DNA from: Eledone cirrhosa
Taxonomy: Eukaryota
Direction of reading: 5' to 3'
NCBI GenBank assembly: GCA_964016885.1
Contig: OZ024741.1
Span: 401,636,001-401,700,000, forward strand
DNA: 64,000 nucleotides
The position numbers were made by a program, and so were the translations under genes. The notes under the pieces were generated by a model. That model was given only the letters and a program-made list of their open reading frames with translations. It had not been told where the DNA came from and did no database searches. How positions within the stretch are numbered: the stretch's first letter is position 1; every line of letters begins with the position of its first letter. This document shows positions 1 through 13,600 of the stretch, piece by piece.

Positions 1-55
1 TATAAACTGTTTATGATATAATATGTAATTTTCATTTCTTTTATTTTAATTTCAG

Positions 56-1649
56 CCACAACTATTCCAACAACAACACCACAACAGACAACACAAACAG
101 GTAACATATTTCTGATTAAAATAATTATCTAACGTATAGGAAATCATGATAATAATTATGAAAATATTGTTTTTCTGGTGTCTTTTACTTGTAGAATCAT
201 GGTGCGTAGCTAATGATGGTTTGGAAGATGTTTCATTAATAAGATCCTGGGATATTAAATTGTCAAGCAATGAGGAAAATCCAGATGTTATTAGACCTGG
301 AAACAAAGGATGGAGTCCTGCTATAGATGATAAGAAACTTACAGTAACTATGTTTGTTGGTGACTCTTTAAGATATGGTGCATCTATTCATCTGCTACAA
401 TCTAAATGTGTTGAGACGTTTGATGTTATTCTAACTGGTGGAGAGGTTAAAAGATTTAAGGTGAGTTTCAATTGATTTAATTTGTGATAAAACTATTGTC
501 ACAGTAAAGGTTTAATTGAAATAATTCCATTAATTATGACATATTTGGATAAATTTGAATATCATTTTGAAACATTTAACATAAACAGATGATGTAATGT
601 AAAGTTTGTAGAGGCAGATAATCAAAAATTATGTGATATGTATTTTGGAACCATTGAATTAATATATTTTAACTATTTCATAATTATTAGAAAACATTTT
701 GTTTTGTAAATTATTCTGCATATTTTTCTGATATAAGCAACCCTTACCTGACGCTGTCTTTTTGCTGTTTTCTTGTGTACCTAGAATAATCCTAAAGGTG
801 AAATTGTTAAAATACCATTTGGTACAACATCAGATACAGTAAAAATCCACTTTGTTCCTGTTTCACCCAATTGTAGACTGAGAGTTACAGTATCTTTCAT
901 AGGATGTTTTGAATCAGGCAGTAAGTAGGAATTGATTCCATTGATATTAGTACTTTCCCATAAATCCTATAAACCTTTACTTCTCTGTAGGCTGCTACTA
1001 TAAATGTAATAATAATTATTCCTTAATTCAAAAGTGATTTATGATCCAGAATCCTTACATATATCCGTTATATTTTGCTTGACCTATTCAGTACTCTTTC
1101 TTGAAGAGGTAGACAAAATAAATGTCTGTATGTTTTGCTATATTTTATAAGGTGACAAACACCATTTGTCTGTAGAATCACATTTATTTTATTTCATATT
1201 AATGTTTTAGGAATGACAATGGTTAAAAACTCAACATTTTAATTCTTGGTGTATTTCTGCATTACTCCACTTACTTACTATGATGTAAAATGTCTTGTGT
1301 CTTTTACAGTTTCTAATGGAAAATTCTAGATAGTCATTTCTATCCTTTCTTTCTATATCTCCTACAAGCCATTTTTCTCTTTCCCTCTCTTCCTTGATTT
1401 CTACCACTTGCTCTGTCTCTCACTCTTTTTCTCTACCCATCTATATGTATATATATATCCTTCCTTTGGCTAACAATAATATTTTCAAAAGACAAGTTAA
1501 TTTTTTCTACAATTGTTAAAATAGTTTTGTGTTTCCTTTTTTCTCATGAAACGTTTTACTTCTTATCATAATTTCTTTTGTGTATTTTACAGCAACAACC
1601 CCAGTAGCAACAACAACAATGTTACCAACAACAACTCCACTCCCAACAA
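56..1649 (+). CDS. Type-I module 1
   Basis: Exons: A 56-100 (TTIPTTTPQQTTQT), B 195-460 (ESWCVANDGLED...GGEVKRFK), C 785-920 (NNPKGEIVKIPFGTTSDTVKIHFVPVSPNCRLRVTVSFIGCFESG), D 1593-1649 (TTTPVATTTMLPTTTPLPT). 504 nt = 168 aa. Confidence 0.85.
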
Positions 1650-4600
1650 GTATGTAGAAAATAATTATTACTTTATAAATATTAAAGTCGATAAACCCAG
1701 TTAGTTCTATATGTACCATTGAAATATATAAAATATTTTCTGAAATAATAATTATATATATATAAGCAATGCACAATATATATTGAATTCAATAAATAAA
1801 AATTAGTTGTGCAGCATTTTCTTGTATTTTAAAAATTTAAATTTTATATTTGTGAAATAATAAATATAAATTTATAAACTGTTTATGATATAATATGTAA
1901 TTTTCATTTCTTTTGTTTTCATTTCAGCCACAACTATTCCAACAACAACACCACAACAGACAACACAAACAGGTAACATATTTCTGATTAAAATAATTAT
2001 GTAACGTATAGGAAATCATGATAATAATTATGAAAATATTGTTTTTTCTGTTGTCTTTTACTTGTATTATTTTGTAGAATCATGGTGCGTAGCTAATGAT
2101 GGTTTGGAAGATGTTTCATTAATAAGATCCTGGGATATTAAATTGTCAAGCAATGAGGAAAATCCAGATGTTATTAGACCTGGAAACAAAGGATGGAGTC
2201 CTGCTATAGATGATAAGAAACTTACAGTAACTATGTTTGTTGGTGACTCTTTAAGATATGGTGCATCTATTCATCTGCTACAATCTAAATGTGTTGAGAC
2301 GTTTGATGTTATTCTAACTGGTGGAGAGGTTAAAAGATTTAAGGTGAGTTTCAATTGATTTAATTTGTGATAAAACTATTGTCACAGTAAAGGTTTAATT
2401 GAAATAATTCCATTAATTATGACATATTTGGATAAATTTGAATATCATTTTGAAACATTTCACATAAACAGATGATGTAATGTAAAGTTTGTAGAGGCAG
2501 ATAATCAAAAATTATGTGATAAGTATTTTGGAACCATTGAATTAATATATTTTAACTATTTCATAATTATTAGAAAACATTTTGTTTTGTAAATTATTCT
2601 GCATATTTTTCTGATATAAGCAACCCTTACCTGACGCTGTCTTTTTTCTGTTTTTTTGTGTACCTAGAATAATCCTAAAGGTGAAATGGTTAAAATACCA
2701 TTTGGTACAACATCAGATACAGTAAAAATCCACTTTGTTCCTGTTTCACCCAATTGTAGACTGAGAGTTACAGTATCTTTCATAGGATGTTTTGAATCAG
2801 GCAGTAAGTAGGAATTGATTCCATTGATATTAGTACTTTCCCATAAATCCTATAAACCTTTACTTCTCTGTAGGCTGCTACTATAAATGTAATAATAATT
2901 ATTCCTTAATTCAAAAGTGATTTATGATCCAGAATCCTTACATATATCCGTTATATTTTGCTTGACCTATTCAGTACTCTTTCTTGAAGAGGTAGACAAA
3001 ATAAATGTCTGTATGTTTTGCTATATTTTATAAGGTGACAAACACCATTTGTCTGTAGAATCACATTTATTTTATTTCATATTAATATTTTAGGAATGAC
3101 AATGGTTAAAAACTCAACATTTTAATTCTTGGTGTATTTCTGCATTACTCAACTTACTTACTATGATGTAAAATGTCTTGTGTCTTTTACAGTTTCTAAT
3201 GGAAAATTCTAGATAGTCATTTCTATCCTTTCTTTCTATATCTCCTACAAGCCATTTTTCTCTTTCCCTGTCTTTCTTGCTTTCTACCACTTGCTCTGTC
3301 TCTCACTCTTTTTCTCTACCCATCTATCTATATGTATATATATATCCTTCCATTGGCTATCAATAATATTTTCAAAAGACAAGTTAATTTTTTCTACAAT
3401 TGTTAAAATAGTTTTGTGTTTCCTTTTTTCTCATGAAACGTTTTACTTCTTATCATAATTTCTTTTGTGTATTTTACAGCAACAACCCCAGTAGCAACAA
3501 CAACAATGTTACCAACAACAACTCCACTCCCAACAAGTATGTAGAAAATAATTATTACTTTATAAATATTAAAGTCAATAAAACCAGTTAGTTCTATATG
3601 TACCATTAAAATATATAAAATATTTTCTGAAATAATAATTATATATATATATATAAGCAATGCACAATATATATTGAATTCAATAAATAAAAATTAGTTG
3701 TGCAGCATTTTCTTGTATTTTAAAAATTTAACTTTTATATTTGTGAAATAATAAATATAAATTTATAAACTGTTTATGATATAATATGTAATTTTCATTT
3801 CTTTTATTTTAATTTCAGCCACAACTATTCCAACAACAACACCACAACAGACAACACAAACAGGTAACATATTTCTGATTAAAATAATTATGTAACGTAT
3901 AGGAAATCATGATAATCATCATCATCATCATCATCAACGTTTAACGTCCGTGTTCCACGCTTGCATGGGTTTGGACGGGGGTAGTCCCACTTGAGGCAAG
4001 AGTGATTGTCTTGCTCGCATAGGACTGTCTGGCAGGTTTTCTACAGTTGGATGCCCTTCCTAACACCAACCACATTTACAGTGTGGGTCTGGGAGGTTTT
4101 TACCGTGTTGCCTACACGGCCACATTACAGCGTGGACTGTGTGTTTTTTTGTCGTGACACCTACACGATCTCATTTGTTTCGGCCTGGATGGCGCGGCAC
4201 CAACATAACTTTACATAGGACGGGTGGTGTGGACGGGTGGGGGGGGGGGGGTGTATTTTGTTAGAGATGCCTACTGGCAAGGCGGGTCTTCTCTGTTACT
4301 GAGTACCGCCAAAGGTCTCGGTCCAGTGACATTGTCTTGGAGAGGTGTAAGTGTGTGAGGTCGGAGTTTATCAGCTCGTCCCAGGTTTTTCTAGGTCTGC
4401 CTATTCCGTGGCTACCGTCTATCTTTATTGCCCTGCACTTTGTTATACAGCTATCGACTTTCATGCGCATCACGTGTCCATACCAACGTAGCCTTCTCTC
4501 GAGTAAACAACATCTGATCCCTCTTATCTCTAATTTTTTTCCTTAGTTCGTTTATGCTTTGCCGTTCACGTATATTACTGTTACACATCCAGCGGAGCAT

Positions 4601-7600
4601 GCAAGCTTCGTTCCTCTCTAGTCTGCGTATATCCTCTGCACACAATGCCCAGGTCTCACTGCCATGCAACATTGCTGTTCGTATGCAGGCATCGTACAAC
4701 CTGCCTTTCATTTTTAGGGAGAACCCTTTAGCAGCTAATAGTGGTATAAGCTCTCTGAACTTTTTCCAACCAGTTCTGACTCTAGCTACAGTACTTTCAG
4801 AGCACCCTCCCCCACTGCTGATTTTATCGCCCAGGTAACGGAAGCTGTCCACTATTTCTATAGAACCCTCTGCGCAATTGAAAGAGCTAGTATTTTGTGG
4901 GCACTTGCTGCTACTTATTGCACCAGAACACCGGCCACATGTAAAATCTATGTTCTTAGTTAGCTTACCTGTGATCCCACTACATCTTTTATGCACCCAT
5001 ACTTTGCATTTAGGACATAAAATGGAGTTTCTACCTACGCCTTTCCTACACACCGAGCACGACCATTTCCCAGAAGGGACCGCCGCCTTGTTTTCTTTCC
5101 TACAAACTAGAACTTTGGTCTTAGCCAGGTTAATTTTAAGTCCTTTTGACTCTAGGCCGTGCTTCCATGTTTGGAATTTCTTCTCTAGCTCGACCATTGA
5201 TTCCGCTATGAGTGTCAGGTCGTCTGCGTATAGGAGTTCCCATGGGCAGCCTGTCTTGAACTCCTCTGTTATAGCCTGAAGGGCAATAATAAATAGTAGG
5301 GGGCTGAGAACAGAGCCCTGATGGACGCCAACTTTTACGCTAAACTCTTCACTATATTCGTTGTTAATTCTAACCTTGCTGACTGTTTCTTTATACATGG
5401 CTTGTATAGCCCTCACAAGCCATTCGTCAACGCCTAGTTTTCTAAGAGCCCACCAGATAATGGAGCGGGGGACTCTGTCGAAGGCTTTCTCCAAGTCGAC
5501 TAAAGCTAAGTAGAGGGGTTTACCTTTAGCTAGGAACTTCTCCTGTAGTTGTCGTACTATGAAAAGAGCGTCTGTGGTACTTTTGCCTGACACAAACCCG
5601 AACTGCATTTCATCTAGGTCAATTCTCTCTCTGATTAGTTGCGCTATTACTTTTTCCGTGACCTTCATGACCTGGTCGATTAATTTAATGCCTCTATAGT
5701 TACTCCTATCTAGGGCGTCTCCTTTACCCTTATAACAGTTAACGATGATGCTGCTATGCCAGTCCTTCGGAACAACCCCATTCTGTACGACTTGGTTAAC
5801 TATGCGGGTGACCATGGTGTGTCCCACCGTGCCAGATGCCTTCAGCATCTCAGCAACTATTTCCGAAGGCCCAGCTGCCTTACCTGTCTTCATATCCTTG
5901 ATTGCCTTACTTATTATACTCCCCTCGACTAACACTGCTGGTCCCTCTATTGGGTCGACATGGGGGAGACTGTCTTTCTCCCATTTATTCTCCTCATTTA
6001 GTAGCCTTTCATAGTGACACTTCCAAGCTACCTTCTTATCAGTGTCGGTGATGGCAAGTATGCCATCATCGTTAAGTACACACTTCTCCCCGACAATATC
6101 ACGGTTTTCCTTGACGCATTGCCTAGCAATCCTGAACACCTCACGTTTTTGGTCATCGCGTTGTAGGACATGCTTGAACTTTCTTTCCTCAGCTTCCCTT
6201 CTTGCTAAGTACACTTCTCTCCTAGCTTCCCTCCTGGCCACTTGATAGTCTACTCTACTTCCCCCATCCCGCCATACTTTCCAAGCCTGCTTTTTGGCCT
6301 TAATTGACCCCTCCACCTTACTGTTCCACCACCATGTTACTCTCCTCCTGCCTACAGGCCTGCTCCAGCCACAGACTTCGTCTGTCGCCAACAGCAGGTT
6401 TGCTTTCAGAAATTCCCACTGTCCTTCTATATTGTCCGACTCTAAATGTTCTTCCTTACTGTCGAAAGCATCAAGTAATATGTTTTGAAATTTATTTTTG
6501 GCTGTGGGGTCCTTTAGCTTCCATATTTTTCTCCTGAGGATAGTCCTCTTCTGCTGTCGAGTACGTCTCGTCCTGACTATGAGGTCGCTAATTATCAGTC
6601 TATGTTGGGAGGTGCATTCTTCATGGGGGAGGGATTTAGTGTTTACAACAGACACTCTGTCACGTCTTCTGGTAAGGATATAATCTACCTGGCTTGTGTG
6701 TTCCCCCGATCTATAGGTGATCAGGTGATTGTCACGGTTTTTGAAGTTAGTGTTACAGATAGTTAGGTTATTTGCATCACAGAATTCCAGGATTCTGGAG
6801 CCTTCCTCATTTCTAGTACCAAACCCATAGCCTCCATGGATTTCGTCGTAGCCGTCACAATGTTGCCCAACGTGACCATTTAGGTCGCCTGCAATAATTA
6901 TATAGTCACTGTCAGATATTTGGGAGGTAGTGAGCATCAGTGTCTCATAGAATCTGTCTTTTATAGTGCCGGGCAGTCCGGATTGGGGTGCGTACGCAGA
7001 TATTACTGTCACCGTAGTTCTATTGAGGACAAGTCGTATTTTAATTATTCTGTCGTTCACTCTATTTACGTCTATTATCTTATCTGCCCACTTTTCTGCT
7101 ACCATGATTCCTACTCCACCCAGCCCATCGTCGTTTCCCACCCAGAAAAGCTTATAACATCGTTTTTTACCCTCAATGAATCTAGCAGACCCACCCCTCC
7201 ACCTGGTCTCTTGAATACAACAAACATCGACCTCCTTACGTTCAAGCATTTCTACAACCTCGTTAGCGCGACCCTTTAGGGTGCCTACATTTATGGTACC
7301 AACTCTGAAGTTTTGGATTGCGTTTGGAGGGTGGGGGTGGTGGGGGTGGTGGGGGGCGGGGGGAGATGGGGTTGTGTTAGCCATCCGCGGGCGAAACAAA
7401 GAAGAGTCCTCGCATTCTCGGCCACGAGGTGAATTTGACTTTAACATTGGCATTTTCGCTCTGAGCGTCCAGATTTTTCTCTCCCTTCCACTCTCCAGGA
7501 TTCCGCAGTCCGTCCATCCATCCATCCATCCATCCATCATATATCGAAGGCAACCGTGCAAGCGATAGTATAGGCCTCTGGCTTATGATTGGTCCGCGTA

Positions 7601-10600
7601 ATAATAATAATGGTGATGCGTGTGGGGGGGGGGTCTGGCTTATAATAATAATGGTGATGCGTGTGGGGGGGAGGGTCTCTGGCTTATGATTGGTCCACGT
7701 ATTAAGAATGAAAATAATAATTATGAAAATATTGTTTTTCTGTTGTCTTTTACTTGTATTATTTTGTAGAATCATGGTGCGTAGCTAATGATGGTTTGGA
7801 AGATGTTTCATTAATAAGATCCTGGGATATTAAATTGTCAAGCAATGAGGAAAATCCAGATGTTATTAGACCTGGAAACAAAGGATGGAGTCCTGCTATA
7901 GATGATAAGAAACTTACAGTAACTATGTTTGTTGGTGACTCTTTAAGATATGGTGCATCTATTCATCTGCTACAATCTAAATGTGTTGAGACGTTTGATG
8001 TTATTCTAACTGGTGGAGAGGTTAAAAGATTTAAGGTGAGTTTCAATTGATTTAATTTGTGATAAAACTATTGTCACAGTAAAGGTTTAATTGAAATAAT
8101 TCCATTAATTATGACATATTTAGATAAATTTGAATATCATTTTGAAACATTTAACATAAACAGATGATGTAATGTAAAGTTTGTAGAGGCAGATGATCAA
8201 AAATTATGTGATATGTATTTTGGAACTATTGAATTAATATATTTTAACTATTTCATAATTATTAGAAAACATTTTGTTTTGTAAATTATTCTGCATATTT
8301 TTCTGAACAAATTAACCCTTACCTGATGCTGTCTTTTTGCTGTTTTTTTGTGTACCTAGAATAATCCTAAAGGTGAAATTGTTAAAATACCATTTGGTAC
8401 AACATCAGATACAGTAAAAATCCACTTTGTTCCTGTTTCACCCAATTGTAGACTGAGAGTTACAGTATCTTTCATAGGATGTTTTAAATCAGGCAGTAAG
8501 TAGGAATTGATTCCATTGATATTAGTACTTTCCCATAAATCCTATAAACCTTTACTTCTCTGTAGGCTGCTACTATAAATGTAATAATAATTATTCCTTA
8601 ATTCAAAAGTGATTTATGATCCAGAATCCTTACATATATCCGTTATATTTTGCTTGACCTATTCAGTAGTCTTTCTTGAAGAGGTAGACAAAATAAATGT
8701 CTCTATGTTTTGCTATATTTTATAAGGTGACAAACACCATTTGTCTGTAGAATCACATTTATTTTATTTCATATTAATGTTTTAGGAATGACAATGGTTA
8801 AAAACTCAACATTTTAATTCTTGGTGTATTTCTGCATTACTCAACTTACTTAATATGATGTAAAATGTCTTGTGTCTTTTACAGTTTCTAATGGAAAATT
8901 CTAGATAGTTATTTCTATCCTTTCTTTCTATATCTCCTGCAAGCCATCTTTCTCTTTCCCTGTCTTTCTTGCTTTCTACCACTTGCTCTGTCTCTCACTC
9001 TTTTTCTCTACCCATCTATCTATATGTATATATATATCCTTCCTTTGGCTATCAATAATATTTTCAAAAGACAAGTTAATTTTTTCTACAATTGTTAAAA
9101 TAGTTTTGTGTTTCCTTTTTTCTCATGAAACGTTTTACTTCTTATCATAATTTCTTTTGTGTATTTTACAGCGACAACCCCAGTAGCAACAACAACAATG
9201 TTACCAACAACAACTCCACTCCCAACAAGTATGTAGAAAATAATTATTACTTCATAAATATTTAAGTCATTAAAACCAGTTAGTTCTATATGTACCATTA
9301 AAATATATAAAATATTTTCTGAAATAATAATTATATATATATATATAAGCAATGCACAATATATATTGAATTCAATAAATAAAAATTAGTTGTGCAGCAT
9401 TTTCTTGTATTTTAAAAATTTAACTTTTATATTTGTGAAATAATAAATATAAATTTATAAACTGTTTATGATATAATATGTAATTTTCATTTCTTTTATT
9501 TTAATTTCAGCCACAACTCTTCCAACAACAACACCACAACAGACAACACAAACAGGTAACATATTTCTGATTAAAATAATTATGTAACGTATAGGAAATC
9601 ATGATAATAATTATGAAAATATTGTTTTTCTGTTGTCTTTTACTTGTAGAATCATGGTGCGTAGCTAATGATGGTTTGGAAGATGTTTCATTAATAAGAT
9701 CCTGGGATATTAAATTGTCAAGCAATGAGGAAAATCCAGATGTTATTAGACCTGGAAACAAAGGATGGAGTCCTGCTATAGATGATAAGAAACTTACAGT
9801 AACTATGTTTGTTGGTGACTCTTTAAGATATGGTGCATCTATTCATCTGCTACAATCTAAATGTGTTGAGATGTTTGATGTTATTCTAACTGGTGGAGAG
9901 GTTAAAAGATTTAAGGTGAGTTTCAATTGATTTAATTTGTGATAAAACTATTGTCACAGTAAAGGTTTAATTGAAATAATTCCATTAATTATGACATATT
10001 TGGATAAATTTGAATATCATTTTGAAACATTTAACATAAACAGATGATGTAATGTAAAGTTTGTAGAAGCAGATGATCAAAAATTATGTGATATGTATTT
10101 TGGAACCATTGAATTAATATATTTTAACTATTTCATAATTATTAGAAAACATTTTGTTTTGTAAATTATTCTGCATATTATTCTGATATAAACAACCCTT
10201 ACCTGACGCTGTCTTTTTGCTGTTTTTTTGTGTACCTAGAATAATCCTAAAGGTGAAATTGTTAAAATACCATTTGGTACAACATCAGATACAGTAAAAA
10301 TCCACTTTGTTCCTGTTTCACCCAATTGTAGACTGAGAGTTACAGTATCTTTCATAGGATGTTTTGAATCAGGCAGTAAGTAGGAATTGATTCCATTGAT
10401 ATTAGTACTTTCCCATAAATCCTATAAACCTTTACTTCTCTGTAGGCTGCTACTATAAATGTAATAATAATTATTCCTTAATTCAAAAGTGATTTATGAT
10501 CCAGAATCCTTACATATATCCGTTATATTTTGCTTGACCTATTCAGTACTCTTTCTTGAAGAGGTAGACAAAATAAATGTCTCTATGTTTTGCTATATTT

Positions 10601-13600
10601 TATAAGGTGACAAACACCATTTGTCTGTAGAATCACATTTATTTTATTTCATATTAATGTTTTAGGAATGACAATGGTTAAAAACTGAACATTTTAATTC
10701 TTGGTGTATTTCTGCATTACTCAACTTACTTACTATGATGTAAAATGTCTTGTGTCTTTTACAGTTTCTAATGGAAAATTCTAGATAGTTATTTCTATCC
10801 TTTCTTTCTATATCTCCTGCAAGCCATCTTTCTCTTTCCCTGTCTTTCTTGCTTTCTACCACTTGCTCTGTCTCTCACTCTTTTTCTCTACCCATCTATC
10901 TATATGTATATATATATCCTTCCTTTGGCTATCAATAATATTTTCAAAAGACAAGTTAATTTTTTCTACAATTGTTAAAATAGTTTTGTGTTTCCTTTTT
11001 TCTCATGAAACGTTTTACTTCTTATCATAATTTCTTTTGTGTATTTTACAGCAACAACCCCAGTAGCAACAACAACAATGTTACCAACAACAACTCCACT
11101 CCCAACAAGTATGTAGAAAATAATTATTACTTCATAAATATTTAAGTCATTAAAACCAGTTAGTTCTATATGTACCATTAAAATATATAAAATATTTTCT
11201 GAAATAATAATTATATATATATATATAAGCAATGCACAATATATATTGAATTCAATAAATAAAAATTAGTTGTGCAGCATTTTCTTGTATTTTAAAAATT
11301 TAACTTTTATATTTGTGAAATAATAAATATAAATTTATAAACTGTTTATGATATAATATGTAATTTTCATTTCTTTTATTTTAATTTCAGCCACAACTCT
11401 TCCAACAACAACACCACAACAGACAACACAAACAGGTAACATATTTCTGATTAAAATAATTATGTAACGTATAGGAAATCATGATAATAATTATGAAAAT
11501 ATTGTTTTTCTGTTGTCTTTTACTTGTATTATTTTGTAGAATCATGGTGCGTAGCTAATGATGGTTTGGAAGATGTTTCATTAATAAGATCCTGGGATAT
11601 TAAATTGTCAAGCAATGAGGAAAATCCAGATGTTATTAGACCTGGAAACAAAGGATGGAGTCCTGCTATAGATGATAAGAAACTTACAGTAACTATGTTT
11701 GTTGGTGACTCTTTAAGATATGGTGCATCTATTCATCTGCTACAATCTAAATGTGTTGAGACGTTTGATGTTATTCTAACTGGTGGAGAGGTTAAAAGAT
11801 TTAAGGTGAGTTTCAATTGATTTAATTTGTGATAAAACTATTGTCACAGTAAAGGTTTAATTGAAATAATTCCATTAATTATGACATATTTGGATAAATT
11901 TGAATATCATTTTGAAACATTTAACATAAACAGATGATGTAATGTAAAGTTTGTAGAGGCAGATGATCAAAAATTATGTGATATGTATTTTGGAACCATT
12001 GAATTAATATATTTTAACTATTTCATAATTATTAGAAAACATTTTGTTTTGTAAATTATTCTGCATATTATTCTGCTATAAGCAACCCTTACCTGACGCT
12101 GTCTTTTTGCTGTTTTTTTGTGTACCTAGAATAATCCTAAAGGTGAAATTGTTAAAATACCATTTGGTACAACATCAGATACAGTAAAAATCCACTTTGT
12201 TCCTGTTTCACCCAATTGTAGACTGAGAGTTACAGTATCTTTCATAGGATGTTTTGAATCAGGCAGTAAGTAGGAATTGATTCCATTGATATTAGTACTT
12301 TCCCATAAATCCTATAAACCTTTACTTCTCTGTAGGCTGCTACTATAAATGTAATAATAATTATTCCTTAATTCAAAAGTGATTTATGATCCAGAATCCT
12401 TACATATATCCGTTATATTTTGCTTGACCTATTCAGTACTCTTTCTTGAAGAGGTAGACAAAATAAATGTCTCTATGTTTTGCTATATTTTATAGGGTGA
12501 CAAACACCATTTGTCTGTAGAATCACATTTATTTTATTTCATATTAATGTTTTAGGAATGACAATGGTTAAAAACTCAACATTTTAATTCTTGGTGTATT
12601 TCTGCATTACTCAACTTACTTACTATGATGTAAAATGTCTTGTGTCTTTTACAGTTTCTAATGGAAAATTCTAGATAGTCATTTCTATCCTTTCTTTCTA
12701 TATCTCCTACAAGCCATTTTTCTCTTTCCCTGTCTTTCTTGCTTTCTACCACTTGCTCTGTCTCTCACTCTTTTTCTCTACCCATCTATCTATATGTATA
12801 TATATATCCTTCCTTTGGCTATCAATAATATTTTCAAAAGACAAGTTAATTTTTTCTACAATTGTTAAAATAGTTTTGTGTTTCCTTTTTTCTCATGAAA
12901 CGTTTTACTTCTTATCATAATTTCTTTTGTGTATTTTACAGCAACAACCCCAGTAGCAACAACAACAATGTTACCAACAACAACTCCACTCCCAACAAGT
13001 ATGTAGAAAATAATTATTACTTTATAAATATTAAAGTCAATAAAACCAGTTAGTTCTATATGTACCATTAAAATATATAAAATATTTTCTGAAATAATAA
13101 TTATATATATATATATAAGCAATGCACAATATATATTGAATTCAATAAATAAAAATTAGTTGTGCAGCATTTTCTTGTATTTTAAAAATTTAACTTTTAT
13201 ATTTTTGAAATAATAAATATAAATTTATAAACTGTTTATGATATAATATGTAATTTTCATTTCTTTTATTTTAATTTCAGCCACAACTATTCCAACAACA
13301 ACACCACAACAGACAACACAAACAGGTAACATATTTCTGATTAAAATAATTATGTAACGTATAGGAAATCATGATAATAATTATGAAAATATTGTTTTTC
13401 TGTTGTCTTTTACTTGTATTATTTTGTAGAATCATGGTGCGTAGCTAATGATGGTTTGGAAGATGTTTCATTAATAAGATCCTGGGATATTAAATTGTCA
13501 AGCAATGAGGAAAATCCAGATGTTATTAGACCTGGAAACAAAGGATGGAGTCCTGCTATAGATGATAAGAAACTTACAGTAACTATGTTTGTTGGTGACT

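Noticed and set aside
146-475. Stand-alone small secreted protein with signal peptide (MIIIMKILFFWCLLLVES...), also at 9601
   Set aside because: The hydrophobic leader is the translated polypyrimidine tract/acceptor of the A-B intron. It is open only where a 10-nt deletion occurred, and exon A upstream splices in frame. A tandem family of separate genes is also unlikely because no module has a stop.
1516-1776. Minus-strand Val/Ile-rich ORFs repeated in each module
   Set aside because: Antisense shadow of the ACA-rich Thr exon plus AT-rich intron.
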